Positions 25,936-37,135 of a stretch of DNA of 64,000 bases are shown here, piece after piece. The notes below the pieces were generated by a model. It was not told the DNA's origin, searched no databases, and worked only from the letters and a program-made list of their open reading frames with translations. This stretch comes from Balanoglossus misakiensis. Lineage: Eukaryota; Animalia; Hemichordata. The stretch lies in assembly GCA_040954595.2 (NCBI GenBank), contig CM082586.2, positions 9,455,337 to 9,519,336 of the forward strand, written 5' to 3'. Position numbers and translations under genes: made by a program. How positions within the stretch are numbered: position 1 is the stretch's first letter; each line of letters opens with the position of its first letter.

Positions 25936-28445
25936 TCAAATAATATCCATGTCCCAAAAACCACTGTTCAAAACTGCATTGAACTCACTTCTGAATTCTA
26001 CGAAGTTGGCATATGACAATGGCAGTTCAAGCACATTGCCACATGTGTGAGCAACTGGACGACGTTGTAAACCATCAAGTTTAACAAATGACACTTGAAT
26101 CGGCTCTGCTGTCATTATGTCACAACCAGTGCAATATCTCAGGAACTTCTTTAGAGTACTTTGTTCAAGTTCACGGATGTATCGTTTTAAGTGATTAGCA
26201 ACAGCCCTCTCATCATTATTCAAGCATTCGGCGATTTGAAGATGTTGTAGGACTTTCTTTGTTGTTGGTTTCTTGTCATTATACAGTCTATCCAAGTTCT
26301 CTTTGCCAATTTGTTTGCCTAATGGCTGTAAGATTGGTCGCCAACTATCAATGACAAACATTGGCTCTTGTACTATCTCTTTATGCGCTATTTCGTGCAG
26401 AATGGATCCAATGTTTTCTTTGGTTGGCAGTCTTTTACAGTCATGTCGGTCTAACACTTCAATTAACTCATCTTCTTCTACTTCTTGGAAGTTCTTCATT
26501 GCAGCTTCAAATACTTCACGGTCCGATTCAGACAGGAAGTGATAATACACTTGAAGTAGACTTGCCTCTTCACACTTCTGGTCTCCAAACATTACTTCTT
26601 CCATGAATGGCTTTGCAAACTCAATAGGGAAGTAATCCATTTCCTTCCAACCCTTCATGATTATTCTTGCTACAGCTTCCCATTTTTCTCTTGGGTAATC
26701 ATGCCTAATGAATGGCACCCGGCAATTCTTTCCAACTGTGCAACATTCATAGAACTCGGACCAAAAACTTGTAAAACAGTCTCTCACAACTCCACTACCA
26801 CTACCACGCTCAATATTACCTCCTGGCATAACCATGGCCACATTGATAGGACATGCCATAATCTTTGGATCTGAGAATTCTGAAATCATGTCATTCAAAA
26901 CATCACTCCTGTGTATTACAAGTGTTCTAGTCTCCACTGGGTCTTGATCTTCACTGATATGACTGGTAGTGTCTTGGGGCTGGGATTGGTTAACAGGTTC
27001 ATCATTTTCAAAGAACGGCAATGTAGAATCAAGGCTTTCTGCTGAGTTACTATTGGAACCCCGTGATCCAAACTGAACAATGTTTGAATCATTATCACTA
27101 ATCACCAGTGGTTCTGCATCAGAATCGACTGTCTCTAATGTGACTTCAGAACCTACGTCAGGGATGGGTTCAGACTGGAATCTGCTACAACTGGGCATAC
27201 CATGATCATGGTGAACTGTATCTAGGATATGCTTATTGTGGTTTCCTGCACTTGGTACACCTGCATCATTGCTCTCATCAGACAACATATCAATAGATTC
27301 CTGTGGAAGAGCTTGTGACTGTCCCTTGCTTGCTTGTCTCGTCTTTGCCGGTGGAACTGGCACATGCCTATCAAGTCCTGGATCAGGTAGATCAGCATCA
27401 CTGCTGTCATCTGACAATGACACTGATTCTAATTGTGACTGCTTACTTGTTTGTCTGCTCTTCTTTTTAGGTTTCACTACCTGTTCACAGTCTTTTCTCT
27501 TTGTCATAATGTAGAAGCGGAGCATTCTAAATCCAGTTACTTCATACAATTCGCCAACGGTGCTTGTTTCATCAATTGTTCTTTCTCCTGAATCTCTTAT
27601 GTCAACGTGATAACTGTCCATGTCTCCTCGCTGTGATACGCCGTTGGGGAAAAACAAATCTTTTCCTGTAGTCAGGAGATCAGCTTTCGTGCTCGACTTA
27701 CTTACTGATATACACCTTGTTCCACCACCTTTTCTGGCTCGAACTTGCTTGTATTCTTTTTCAATGAAATCAAAATCAAGCCATCCTATTTCAATTTTCC
27801 GCTTTATTTTTGCTGCATGTGTATTACCAAATGGTCTTGGTCTAGTTGAGGCTTGTCCACGATTACCTTTACTTGATTCTCCCTTGTCATCTGATACACT
27901 ATTCTGCTTTCCATTTCGAAGGCTAAATTTTTGTCTTATTTTTTTCAGTAGTTCTGACTTCCTGCTCTCTCTGTCTGGAACAGTACAAAATAATCTGCGA
28001 GAGAAGTCCACAGCAGCAACTCTGTCCCCATAAGATGTCAAATACTTAGATAACATCTCATCATCCATTAAGAGGATCACCGATGGTTCAATCTGAAAAT
28101 CAATTTAAAGCACATGGAATCTTAGTGCATGCATATGGGCAGAGGGTGCGGGGGGTCTCGCTAAATACATACATACATACATACATACATACATACATAC
28201 ATACATACATACATACATACATACATACATACATACGGGTACATACATACAAACAAACAAACAAACAAAGATGGAAAGACTGTCAATGAATATTTTTCCA
28301 CCTACTAGCCTTAAAGCTCATTTAGCCATATTTACATATATGCAACAAGAACTAATAAAAAATTTACCTTTTCCTGTTCAAGTCTGTCAATTTCCTCTTC
28401 AGGCACTCTGCGTCGTCTAAGAAATTCATATAGTTTTTCTGCCAT
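25936..28445 (-). CDS. Transposon-encoded HECT-type E3 ubiquitin ligase (~744 aa): SAM-like N-terminus, ubiquitin/PB1-like domain, acidic linker, HECT; coding exons 28445-28368 and 28092-25936
   Basis: Uninterrupted ORF. N-lobe start LVIHRSDVLNDMI...ERGSGSGVVRDCFTSFW. C-lobe KFLRYCTG...RRPVAHTCGNVLELPLSYANFVEFRSEF with the catalytic Cys in AHTC. The upstream exon MAEKLYEFLRRRRVPEEEIDRLEQEK splices in frame (AAG|GTAAAT ... TTTTCAG|ATT). Confidence 0.85.
28166..28216. repeat. (TACA)n microsatellite in a HECT gene intron
   Basis: Directly visible. Confidence 0.95.
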
Positions 28446-28707
28446 TTTGTCTGATCTGTTTGCTTAAGTAATATTTTTCTGTAAGGAAAATCAACAACAG
28501 TTAAATCAAAACTGATGTACCTAAAGACAAGCATGAAATAATGCATCAACTTGATTTTTATGAACAGTTTGGGAAAGTTGAGCATATTATCTCAGAAGGA
28601 AAAACTATCTACTTTCTCACCTTGAATAAAGTTGATATTTCACCAAAAATTACAGTGAAGCAAGAATTTTGTTCAGAATTTTTGATGAGGAAACTTCTCA
28701 ATTGTCA

Positions 28708-28842
28708 ACATACATACATACATACATACATACATACATACATACATGCATACATACATACATACATACATACATACATACATGCATACATACATACATA
28801 CATACATACATACATACATACATACATACATACATACATACA
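28708..28842. repeat. (CATA)n microsatellite
   Basis: Directly visible, with two CATG variants. Confidence 0.95.
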
Positions 28843-29005
28843 ATTTAAAATAATTTAGGGAGTGATTAAGACTTCAACTTGGACTCTATTGATAATAATA
28901 TAACTCTTTGTAATAAATGCCATCGGTGCTTAAATCTTCAATATTAAATCAAGTCAATCAATGTGCACAAACATTACACACACACTCATTAATACATAGA
29001 GACAG

Positions 29006-29010
<5 letters not shown>

Positions 29011-29046
<36 letters not shown>
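29011..29046. repeat. (CA)n microsatellite
   Basis: Directly visible. A (TA)n tract also lies at about 29396-29427. Confidence 0.9.
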
Positions 29047-29049
<3 letters not shown>

Positions 29050-29392
29050 CCTATTTTGCTTTAATTTTTTTGTTTGAAACTTTCATATCAACTGAAGAGT
29101 TGTTGACGTTTGACCTTGGATGTACTGAGGTCACCATACACACTCACATTTGTCTGTGTCATAATCACAGACTGAAGCAAAGTAAAATAAATCACAGCAG
29201 CTGTACTGATGTTAACATTGCATTGTTTAATATTCAAGATCAAGTTAAAGTGCATTTATTTATTGGAAGAATCCAGTTATGGCAACTTGATCCTAGGCGA
29301 TGTAACTATCCGCCCCACACACAAGTTGAATCATGTATGATATATGTTTCAAACAGCGCGGCATAAGGCCAGAGTTAGCCTCAAGTTGTGAT

Positions 29393-29429
<37 letters not shown>

Positions 29430-29862
29430 ATGGCATATGTTACATCATGAATCAAAAATCAAGCAAGTTAAGTTGAGTACGAGATACTGACAAGAACGTC
29501 TCAGTCAACCTATTGCATGCAGCACATTGTCAACGTCGCGTCGATCGTGTTTGGCATGATCATGATGACGCTTGACGTGCAAGGTGACTCAATAGATTGC
29601 CACATCACAAACCAGTACAAATTGTGCATCGTGTGGTCATGTTACGTGTACGACAAATCTAACGGTTATGAGAAGGAGGTAAAATCTCAACTTACCAACA
29701 CTCAGTCAGTCTGATAAGATACGATGCAGCATGTAAGGCAGAATCCGACGAAAAGTCCTGGTACTAGGTCAAGCTAGTAAAAGAACGCCATATTCTCTGT
29801 ACCGATACACCGCCCTCTCTGGACAGTCTCCGTACCAATACACCCGCCCTCTTTAGACAAAT

Positions 29863-30096
29863 TTATCTCGAGATCTCGAGATAAAAAAATAAAAAGTCGG
29901 GAAAACGAATTGGAATTATCTCGAGATCTCGAGATAAAAAAATAAAAAGTCGGGAAAACGAACTTGAATTATCTCGAGATCTCGAGATAAAAAAATAAAA
30001 AGTCGGGAAAACGAATTGGAATTATCTCGAGATCTCGAGATAAAAAAATAAAAAGTCAGGAAAACGAATAGCATTATCTCGAGATCTCGAGATAAT
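29863..30096. repeat. Right TIR tandem array: 5 palindrome-containing units, inverted relative to the left array
   Basis: Five TTATCTCGAGATCTCGAGATAA cores were counted. Confidence 0.95.
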
Positions 30097-32103
30097 TTTT
30101 TATTTATTGCGTATGTACATGTCCCCAACTGGCTTTCATATAAAACCACTGCATCAGGTGAATCTCAATTTTTAAGAGCGATACTTCAAACATGCAGCAC
30201 TGTTTACAAATCGGGGTCAAAGGTTATACAAGAATAACCATGTACAGTTGGTATTTTTCGGATGTACCTCTGGCCATGGCCTTGGTCTATAAATTGTTCT
30301 TGACAACATATATTTTTAAAGATTTTGGTTTACTGAATTACATCTATAGCTTATAGTGATGGCTGTTTACCTAATAATTATTTTAACAACGCCAACTTAG
30401 CTGGCGCTGGATCGAGGGTACAGGACTATCCTAGGTCAAGGGTCAATCGTGAATGTTTTGGTCGCGAATCAGCTGATCTTTTACAACAGCGTGTTACGCC
30501 CCTTTTTTAAATTTCTCATGAGTGGAGACGTCAGTGAAAGAACATATTTCGGATAATGGAGCATTCTTGGCAGTGTTTTCAAAGGGTTTCGCAACCTTTC
30601 TACATGGGACGCGGCGGCGCTTGGCAGAACTTTGCGAGGTGGTCGTCATCACAGGTCGCACCGTAGTTGAGAGAGAGAGCCATGACACTGACAGAGCCGG
30701 GTGAGTGATTGAGATCCTGGATCAGTTGCCGTCACTCAGATCACTAGACATTCTCTCTCATTAGGGTGTAGCTACGGTGTTGCCACGGGACCTACGACGT
30801 TTTATCGTGACGTCGGTGTTGCCCCGACCGGCCAGGGAAGTATATCAGATATGATGAGTCCGGTGATGACTTGGCTTTACGGCAGTCGCTGTGCCTGTAG
30901 ATAAAGGAAAGGAACAGTACAACGCGCCGCCAGTGTGATTAGCATCGCTTGGAGCAAGACTAGATGACAGACATCGCCAGGGTCGTTGGCAAGACCTTGG
31001 CGGGCAGAGATGTGTGACACAGGTCCTCCTACAGGTAAGCCAGTCTTAATTCTTTTACATGCTTTTCAGAGTCAGCTTTTTGAGATGGTGAGATCTCTGT
31101 CGTGTGGTTTCTCTGTGTGACCATTAGCTCTGCATACAGCCGGGAACACACAGACCTGTACGCAGAGCTATGTGACCTTCTGAGTCATATAATAATGTCA
31201 CATTTAGTACTACTATGGAAACACAGCTAGGGGGAGGGTGGAGGGGGGGGGGGGTTCTATGCTGGTTTCCCCCATCATAGACCCACCCGTGACCCCCACC
31301 ACAAAAATCTGTAGTGAAACAACAGCCAAACCAGTGCACTATATCACAGTCCCTCTATTACATACTGTGACTGTATAAGCTAAAAAATAAGACATTCACT
31401 TTTTGAAATAAACATTTCTCTGTTAATTATCTCTGAAAGCTTGATATAGGAGAACATTTCGGTTACTTCAATGTCACCATTGTTTTCACTACTATCACGT
31501 AACAAGCAATTTAAATTACCTTCGCAAAAACAGTATGCTCTATGTTTTTTTGTTAACGCTTTGAGATTTCTGGCTCAAATCTGCGTGAATGCAAGCTGTC
31601 ATAACTTTTGTACAAAGTAGTGTCTCATTTTTTTTAAAGCAACTAGCTTGATTTTTAAAATGAAAAAAACTTCTGATATACTAGGAATAGTAGGATTTAT
31701 TCACTGCTCCAGAAGTTTTCTGAATTACAATGCACTTAACGGGACATTATCTGTAACTTTTGGCTTTAATTGATGTACATATATTTTTGTTCTGAGTATC
31801 AATGGGAATTTCTTGTTCTACTCCAAACAGCATGCTAATATACCCATTTATACTTCACTTGTCAACATAGCCCGTGAATGTGTAATGTTATCATTCACAT
31901 TTTTTTACTACTGTTACGTAAATATGCAACATGTCTAAAAAATATGTTTTTATAGAATATATTTATTTATTTAGAGTAAAATGTTTTTGGTGACATTTAA
32001 ATATTTAGTGGATGGTATTTTATACATCAATTGTGGGTTTCAACATATTGTTGGGAGTAGCACAAGAATCTTAAGTGGCCACATAGAATTAATTTTCAAC
32101 CTT

Positions 32104-32280
32104 CAGTAAAACCTGTCAAAACCAAACCCTGTCTAATCTGGAAACCTGTCTATACTGAACACCTTTTCAGTACCTTCGACATAGAATCACATGTTAAAAG
32201 AACCTTTACAAACTGGAAATGTCTGTAAACTGAACAATTTCTTCAGTGCCTTCAGTGTTCGGTTCAGACAGGTTTTACTG
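32104..32280. mobile_element. Tc1/mariner-type MITE
   Basis: CAGTAAAACCTGTC...GACAGGTTTTACTG|TA. A related fragment lies at about 2400-2480. Confidence 0.65.
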
Positions 32281-32285
32281 TATTT

Positions 32286-32745
32286 AATTTCTCACACTGC
32301 TGGCCGCTGGGAGTGTGGGATAGGATATCCCCGACGAGTGTGAGAAATACGATCTCACGTCCTTGGGAGTGTGAGATTCTATTATTCTCACACTCTCACT
32401 GAATCGAAAGCTGTATATGACGCGAGCGCTGATTGGTTGACAAAGAGTTCTTTCTCTTCGCGCACTAAATGTTATCCAATGGCGTGATGTGTATTACAGG
32501 CACAGAACTATAACGTGCCCCCAGACGACAGTTCCAGAGTCATTTATTCAATGTTTTAACGAATTTGGCTAATTTGTGACCGTGTGAGAAAAATAATCTC
32601 ACACACCAAGGACCTGGGATCGTATTTCTCACACTCGTCAGGGATATTTTGTCCCACACTCGCCTGCGGCTCGTGTGTGACAGAAAATCCCCAACTCGTG
32701 TGAGAAATACGATCCCAGGTCCTTGGGAGTGTGAGATTCTATTAA
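32286..32745. mobile_element. Hairpin-rich non-autonomous element (Crypton-like architecture); second copy inverted at about 60230-60710
   Basis: Repeated and inverted CTCACAC/GTGTGAGA blocks. 32570-32745 is the reverse complement of about 60310-60500. Confidence 0.6.
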
Positions 32746-33864
32746 TCCCAAATGTCATAGCAGCTGCCCCTTTAAAACAATTTCTTTAAAAAATGTGTTT
32801 CTAATAGATTTGGTCAGGTGGAAAAGTATGTCACATACTGTTTTCACTGAACACTGATGTGGTTGCAATTTTATTGACACAAATTGAATCACACTATGCA
32901 TCACATTAGACTTAGGGGTAAACCATTTTATATTTAGGAGAGTGCAGTTTAGTTTCTACTCTGCCTATTCTCTGATGTTTTTTCTTTACTATTTGGCAGA
33001 GGCAAAATGCAGACTAGTTATGGAAGTGTTCCTAAGTAACTATGCATAAATTATTTCTATTAATCTAAGCACATTATGTAAAATATAAATCAACCAGGTA
33101 GACTCATGTCTCCCCCTACAGTAATGGTGACAATTCTTTTTATAGTACCCAACTTACTCAAGTAAACACACTTAATGTTAGCAAACAGTCCTATAGATAT
33201 AGCCTGGTCCCCTGTCCCATTCCTGCTGCTGGTAGTGACAGCAGGGTTAGAAAGTGGGCAGAGAACAAGAGTATCTTACAGGCCTCTTTCATGACCCCTG
33301 TGTGACCTTACATCCTGGTGATTTGTTGGTTTGACATCATTCATCATTCAATGTTAAATACAACAGCTAATCTTTCTAACACAGGCAATGTTTAACAGTT
33401 TTGTTCAAGGATGAGAAAAAATGCATTGATTTAATAGCGTGGTTGGTAAACTCGAAATTGTATACTCACACCGACAAAAAGCCAGGATGTAGAGGTCAAA
33501 AGGGGTCATAAAAGTGGCATGATATAGCACAGTTGCCAGTGGTGTAATGTTTATATAAACTGTGCAACTTCATTCATATTTCTTAGTGGCAGTAATGTTA
33601 TTATAAATATAAACTGACATCTGAAATCACTTTGCGATGTCGAAATTCAGTGGGAAGAAACAAACGCCAAAAGTTACCACATTTTATACTGACACTTATT
33701 TGTTTTGTACAGTTTACCCTATGGATCCAGCTATCATAGGAATAGGTGCAATAATTGTAGCTTTGGTGGGCTGGTTGATCGCTTATGGGCTTGATCAATC
33801 ATCCCATCTAGGCTACAATTATTGCAGATATCATAGGAAGGGCACATTGGGAACCCCCCCCCCC

Positions 33865-33895
<31 letters not shown>

Positions 33896-33956
33896 ATTTG
33901 GGCGACAACACAATATATATATATGATGCAGTCTACAAGTTGCACCGAAATATCTT

Positions 33957-34850
33957 TAGGTCCCATTTGTACATACTGGTGGTACCTCATGAGATCGGTT
34001 GCGTCTGTATGGATGTATGTCCGTTCACATCAAAAACTTGAAAACCGCTGAGCATATAACCTCGATATTTGGTGTGCAGATGCAGGCAGGGCTGTAGATG
34101 GGAGTTTGTTCAAATGAAGTTGTTGGGAAAAACGTAAATTTGGCCAAAACTCAGAAACTCAACAACCACTGGTCATATTGATTTGAAAATTGGTATGCAT
34201 GTACCTTATATTAACCTCACACAGTTGTGTATGTTTTGAACTAATAGTTTGAATTTTCTATAATTTATGTATTTTTTTGTCTTTTTCCACATTTTTGGTA
34301 AAAAATCTACTTTTCTGGAATTGATGACCTGACTTCTTTGAAATTTAGTATGGGGCTTCATATAGGTGATGTGAGTTATCAAAGTTTTGTTTAAATTTGC
34401 TGCAAAATTTGCAAATTTATAATTTTGGTGCAAATTTTGCCTTTTTGATCAATTTTTTTCTGTAAAACCATTTGTCAGATTGCTTTGAAATTTGGTAGGC
34501 ATAGAGATGTGTGTTTGTCAAATCAATTTGTAGAATTCAATAGTATATTTTTGGGGTGAATTTTGCCATTTTTGGTCAAAACTCTTTCTCAGAACCCTCT
34601 ACCCCATTGCTTTGAAATTTGATTTGAAGGTTCCATGGTGAGTTGTCATGATGATTTACAAAACCTATGATGAAAGTGTCAATGTTTTGTGGGGGCAATG
34701 TCTTGTATTTTGGGGGTATATTTACCAATTTTGATAAAAAATTATATTTCTCAGAAAGTGTACACTGTATGGCTGATTTCTATAAATTTTAGTTGTAAGT
34801 TAATGGGATTGGCTTCTTTAGAATTATTATGAAATCATATCATAGGTAAT
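33957..34850 (-). mobile_element. Helentron-associated (HINE/DINE-like) non-autonomous element with degenerate internal tandem repeats (right boundary approximate)
   Basis: 33957-34130 is the reverse complement of 36905-37105 (terminal hairpin, GTAT/GGAT microsatellite, GGGCTGTAGATGGGAGTTTGTTCAAATGAAGTTGT). Confidence 0.55.
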
Positions 34851-35747
34851 TTGGAATTTCTACTGGGCTTGCGTTTGATATTTTATTTTTTACGCGCAGT
34901 GCACGCAAAGAGCCAATTTTTTTTTTGTGAAATTGTATTTGAATTACATGCAACAAAATAGCGATAGACAAGCAGGCTTTCAGATAAACATACTTGAATG
35001 AGTTCTCCCTTCATGTCTAGATGGCCCAACACAAAAAATATCATTTAGAATGTAGCGAATAAAGTACATAAACATCATGAAAGAGACTGTGTACAGTGGT
35101 CCCCCCCCCCCCCCCCCCGATACATATTAAGTACAGACAAGGTATGGAATTCTTGTGTTATATCATCAAGGAAAATGACCCAGAAGCCCTACTTGCTTTG
35201 TTATATCTAATGGCTTCTGTGTGCATAAATTATAGCCCGACACGTGTCAAGTTTGTGGCCTAGGTTACCGCACGTACATCATTGTGCGTCCTGCTACAGC
35301 ATACAAGCGCGCGTACGCGTACATGTGTACAGGGCGCCTGACCGGCCAACCTTGACAAGGCGCTCCAGATAGCCTCGCCCGCTGTTATCTTTCAATGGAT
35401 TTTTTGTGTGTGCATGTCACGCAACTGTGACAAAATATTTGCGCGCACACATTGTAGTTTTGTGTTATTTAGTGTTATTTTAAATGGGTGTCACACCGAT
35501 TTAATCAGCCTCCATTCAAAGAGTACACAACAGTCGTGTTATGCATTAGCAAAAGATGATAAACTGATGCGGATACAATCAATATAGCTTAATGGTGATG
35601 ATTCTAAAGCAGAAGGCTAATTGTCATTAGTATCATACATGCAGAGCCTGAATTTGCCACTTTCTATTGTTCTCACCAAATTTAGTGTAATAACCCCTAA
35701 GTACCACCCTCTAATTTTAAAGAACACTAATTATGGAAGCCCATTAA

Positions 35748-35832
35748 CCCTTTCACAACCAAGGTTCAGTCAAAACCCATTGTTTTCTATGAAAAGGTTT
35801 GACCTGTATAGAAGGAACTTGGGGTGAAAGGG
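35748..35832. mobile_element. piggyBac-type mini-MITE (TTAA|CCCT...AGGG|TTAA); degenerate second copy at about 38058-38150
   Basis: TTAA on both sides and CCCTTTCAC/GTGAAAGGG termini. Confidence 0.75.
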
Positions 35833-36310
35833 TTAAAGGGACAAAGTCGCTCTTTTTGACTTTTGACTCACTTGCTTTTATTAGAGGTTCCTACCTTTAA
35901 ATGTTTCATAAAATGTTTAATCAAATCTGTCTACAATCAGAGTAGACATTGTTTACATATACCTTTTGTTAAATGATTGTTGTTGTATTTCAGATTGTTG
36001 TCAGGAGCAGGTGAGAAATATGGTATGATTTCTGAAGGTCTGAGTACTGCATTGCAGTTATTTGACGATATGAAGAGTTTACGATATTCAAGGTAATTAT
36101 GGTAAAATTCTGAGTTTCAAGATCATTCTCTACATATGGCCCTGACTTTTTTTGGTGGTTTATCTGTTTTTGTAAAGTTCACCATGTCAACCAGGAAATG
36201 ATTCCATACAGACAGTGGAGTACAACTGAGATGTGAAGTACATTGAAACCTGCCTAGGAAGGACACCTCTGGGACCACAAAATGTGTCCTTAATAGAGAG
36301 GTGTCCTTAA

Positions 36311-37135
36311 AGGGACAAATTCTCTCCCTCGCTGCCCCTTTTCCATGAATTAGGTTTGTTACAGGGCACCCTTTCTGTTATTCTACATGTGGATATATAG
36401 TGAATCAATGTTTCACCACACACAACTTCAACCCTGCTTGTAGCCACCAGAGTGATAAAAAACACACGCCAATAATCGGTCTCTATCATTTATTCATTTT
36501 ATGCGAGTTTTTATGCTCATATCATTCAAGTGGGATGGAAATTGTGTATGGTTGAACGTTCATTAACTACATATACACATGTACATTAATATAAAATGTC
36601 TCTTGTATCAAACATAATGGAAAAAATCGCGTCAAGGACACAGTGGTCCCATTGAGGGAATACACAAGAAAAAGTCTACACCGGAGTAAATGGCGATATA
36701 CTGACAGACACACACACTAAATAGAACAGCTGGCCTCTTTAAAACTTAGCCAGTTATGTAATCATTCAGGAATTTCCTGTGTATATAAACATCTCAATAA
36801 AGTAAATACACACCACTTCGCAAAGCAATCTGACCAGTAGTTCTTGAGTTACTGAGTTTTGACTAAGTTCACATTTTTCCAGCTAATTTGCATATTTTTG
36901 GCAACGACAACTTCATTTGAACAAACTCCCATCTACAGCCCAGCCTGCATGTGCACACCAAATATCAAGGTGATACACACAGTGGTTTTCAAGTTTTTGA
37001 TGTGGACGGACATACATCCATACATCCATCCATACATACATACATACAGACGCAACCAATCCCATAAGGTCCCATGGTATATAGGCCTATACCAATGGGA
37101 CCTAAAAAGGGCAGCGAGAGAGAGACTTTGTCCCT
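36311..37135. mobile_element. Complete Kolobok-type MITE (TTAA TSD), inserted into a Tc1-like MITE (about 36241-37255) and itself interrupted by a HINE-like element (about 36627-37105)
   Basis: TTAA|AGGGACAAA...TTTGTCCCT|TTAA. The inner element has (CATC/CATA)n and the terminal hairpin AGGTCCCATGGTATA..TATACCAATGGGACCT followed by As. It is absent from the duplicate at about 42330. Confidence 0.8.

Larger units (their letters stand above)
17848..30140. mobile_element. IS3EU DNA transposon, full length, carrying a transposase and a HECT E3 ligase gene
   Basis: Termini TATGAAAGCCAGTTGGGGACATGTACATACGC...GCGTATGTACATGTCCCCAACTGGCTTTCATA. Perfect 6-bp TSD TAAAAC (17842-17847, 30141-30146). 5'-TAY termini, a 6-bp TSD and an IS3-like integrase are IS3EU hallmarks. 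Confidence 0.9.

Noticed and set aside
25936-28445. Host G2E3 or other cellular HECT gene
   Set aside because: It lacks PHD/RING, WW or RCC1 domains and lies within TIRs bounded by a perfect TSD.
28083-29366. ORFs with YIHT and HT repeats
   Set aside because: These are translations of (CATA)n and (CA)n microsatellites in introns.
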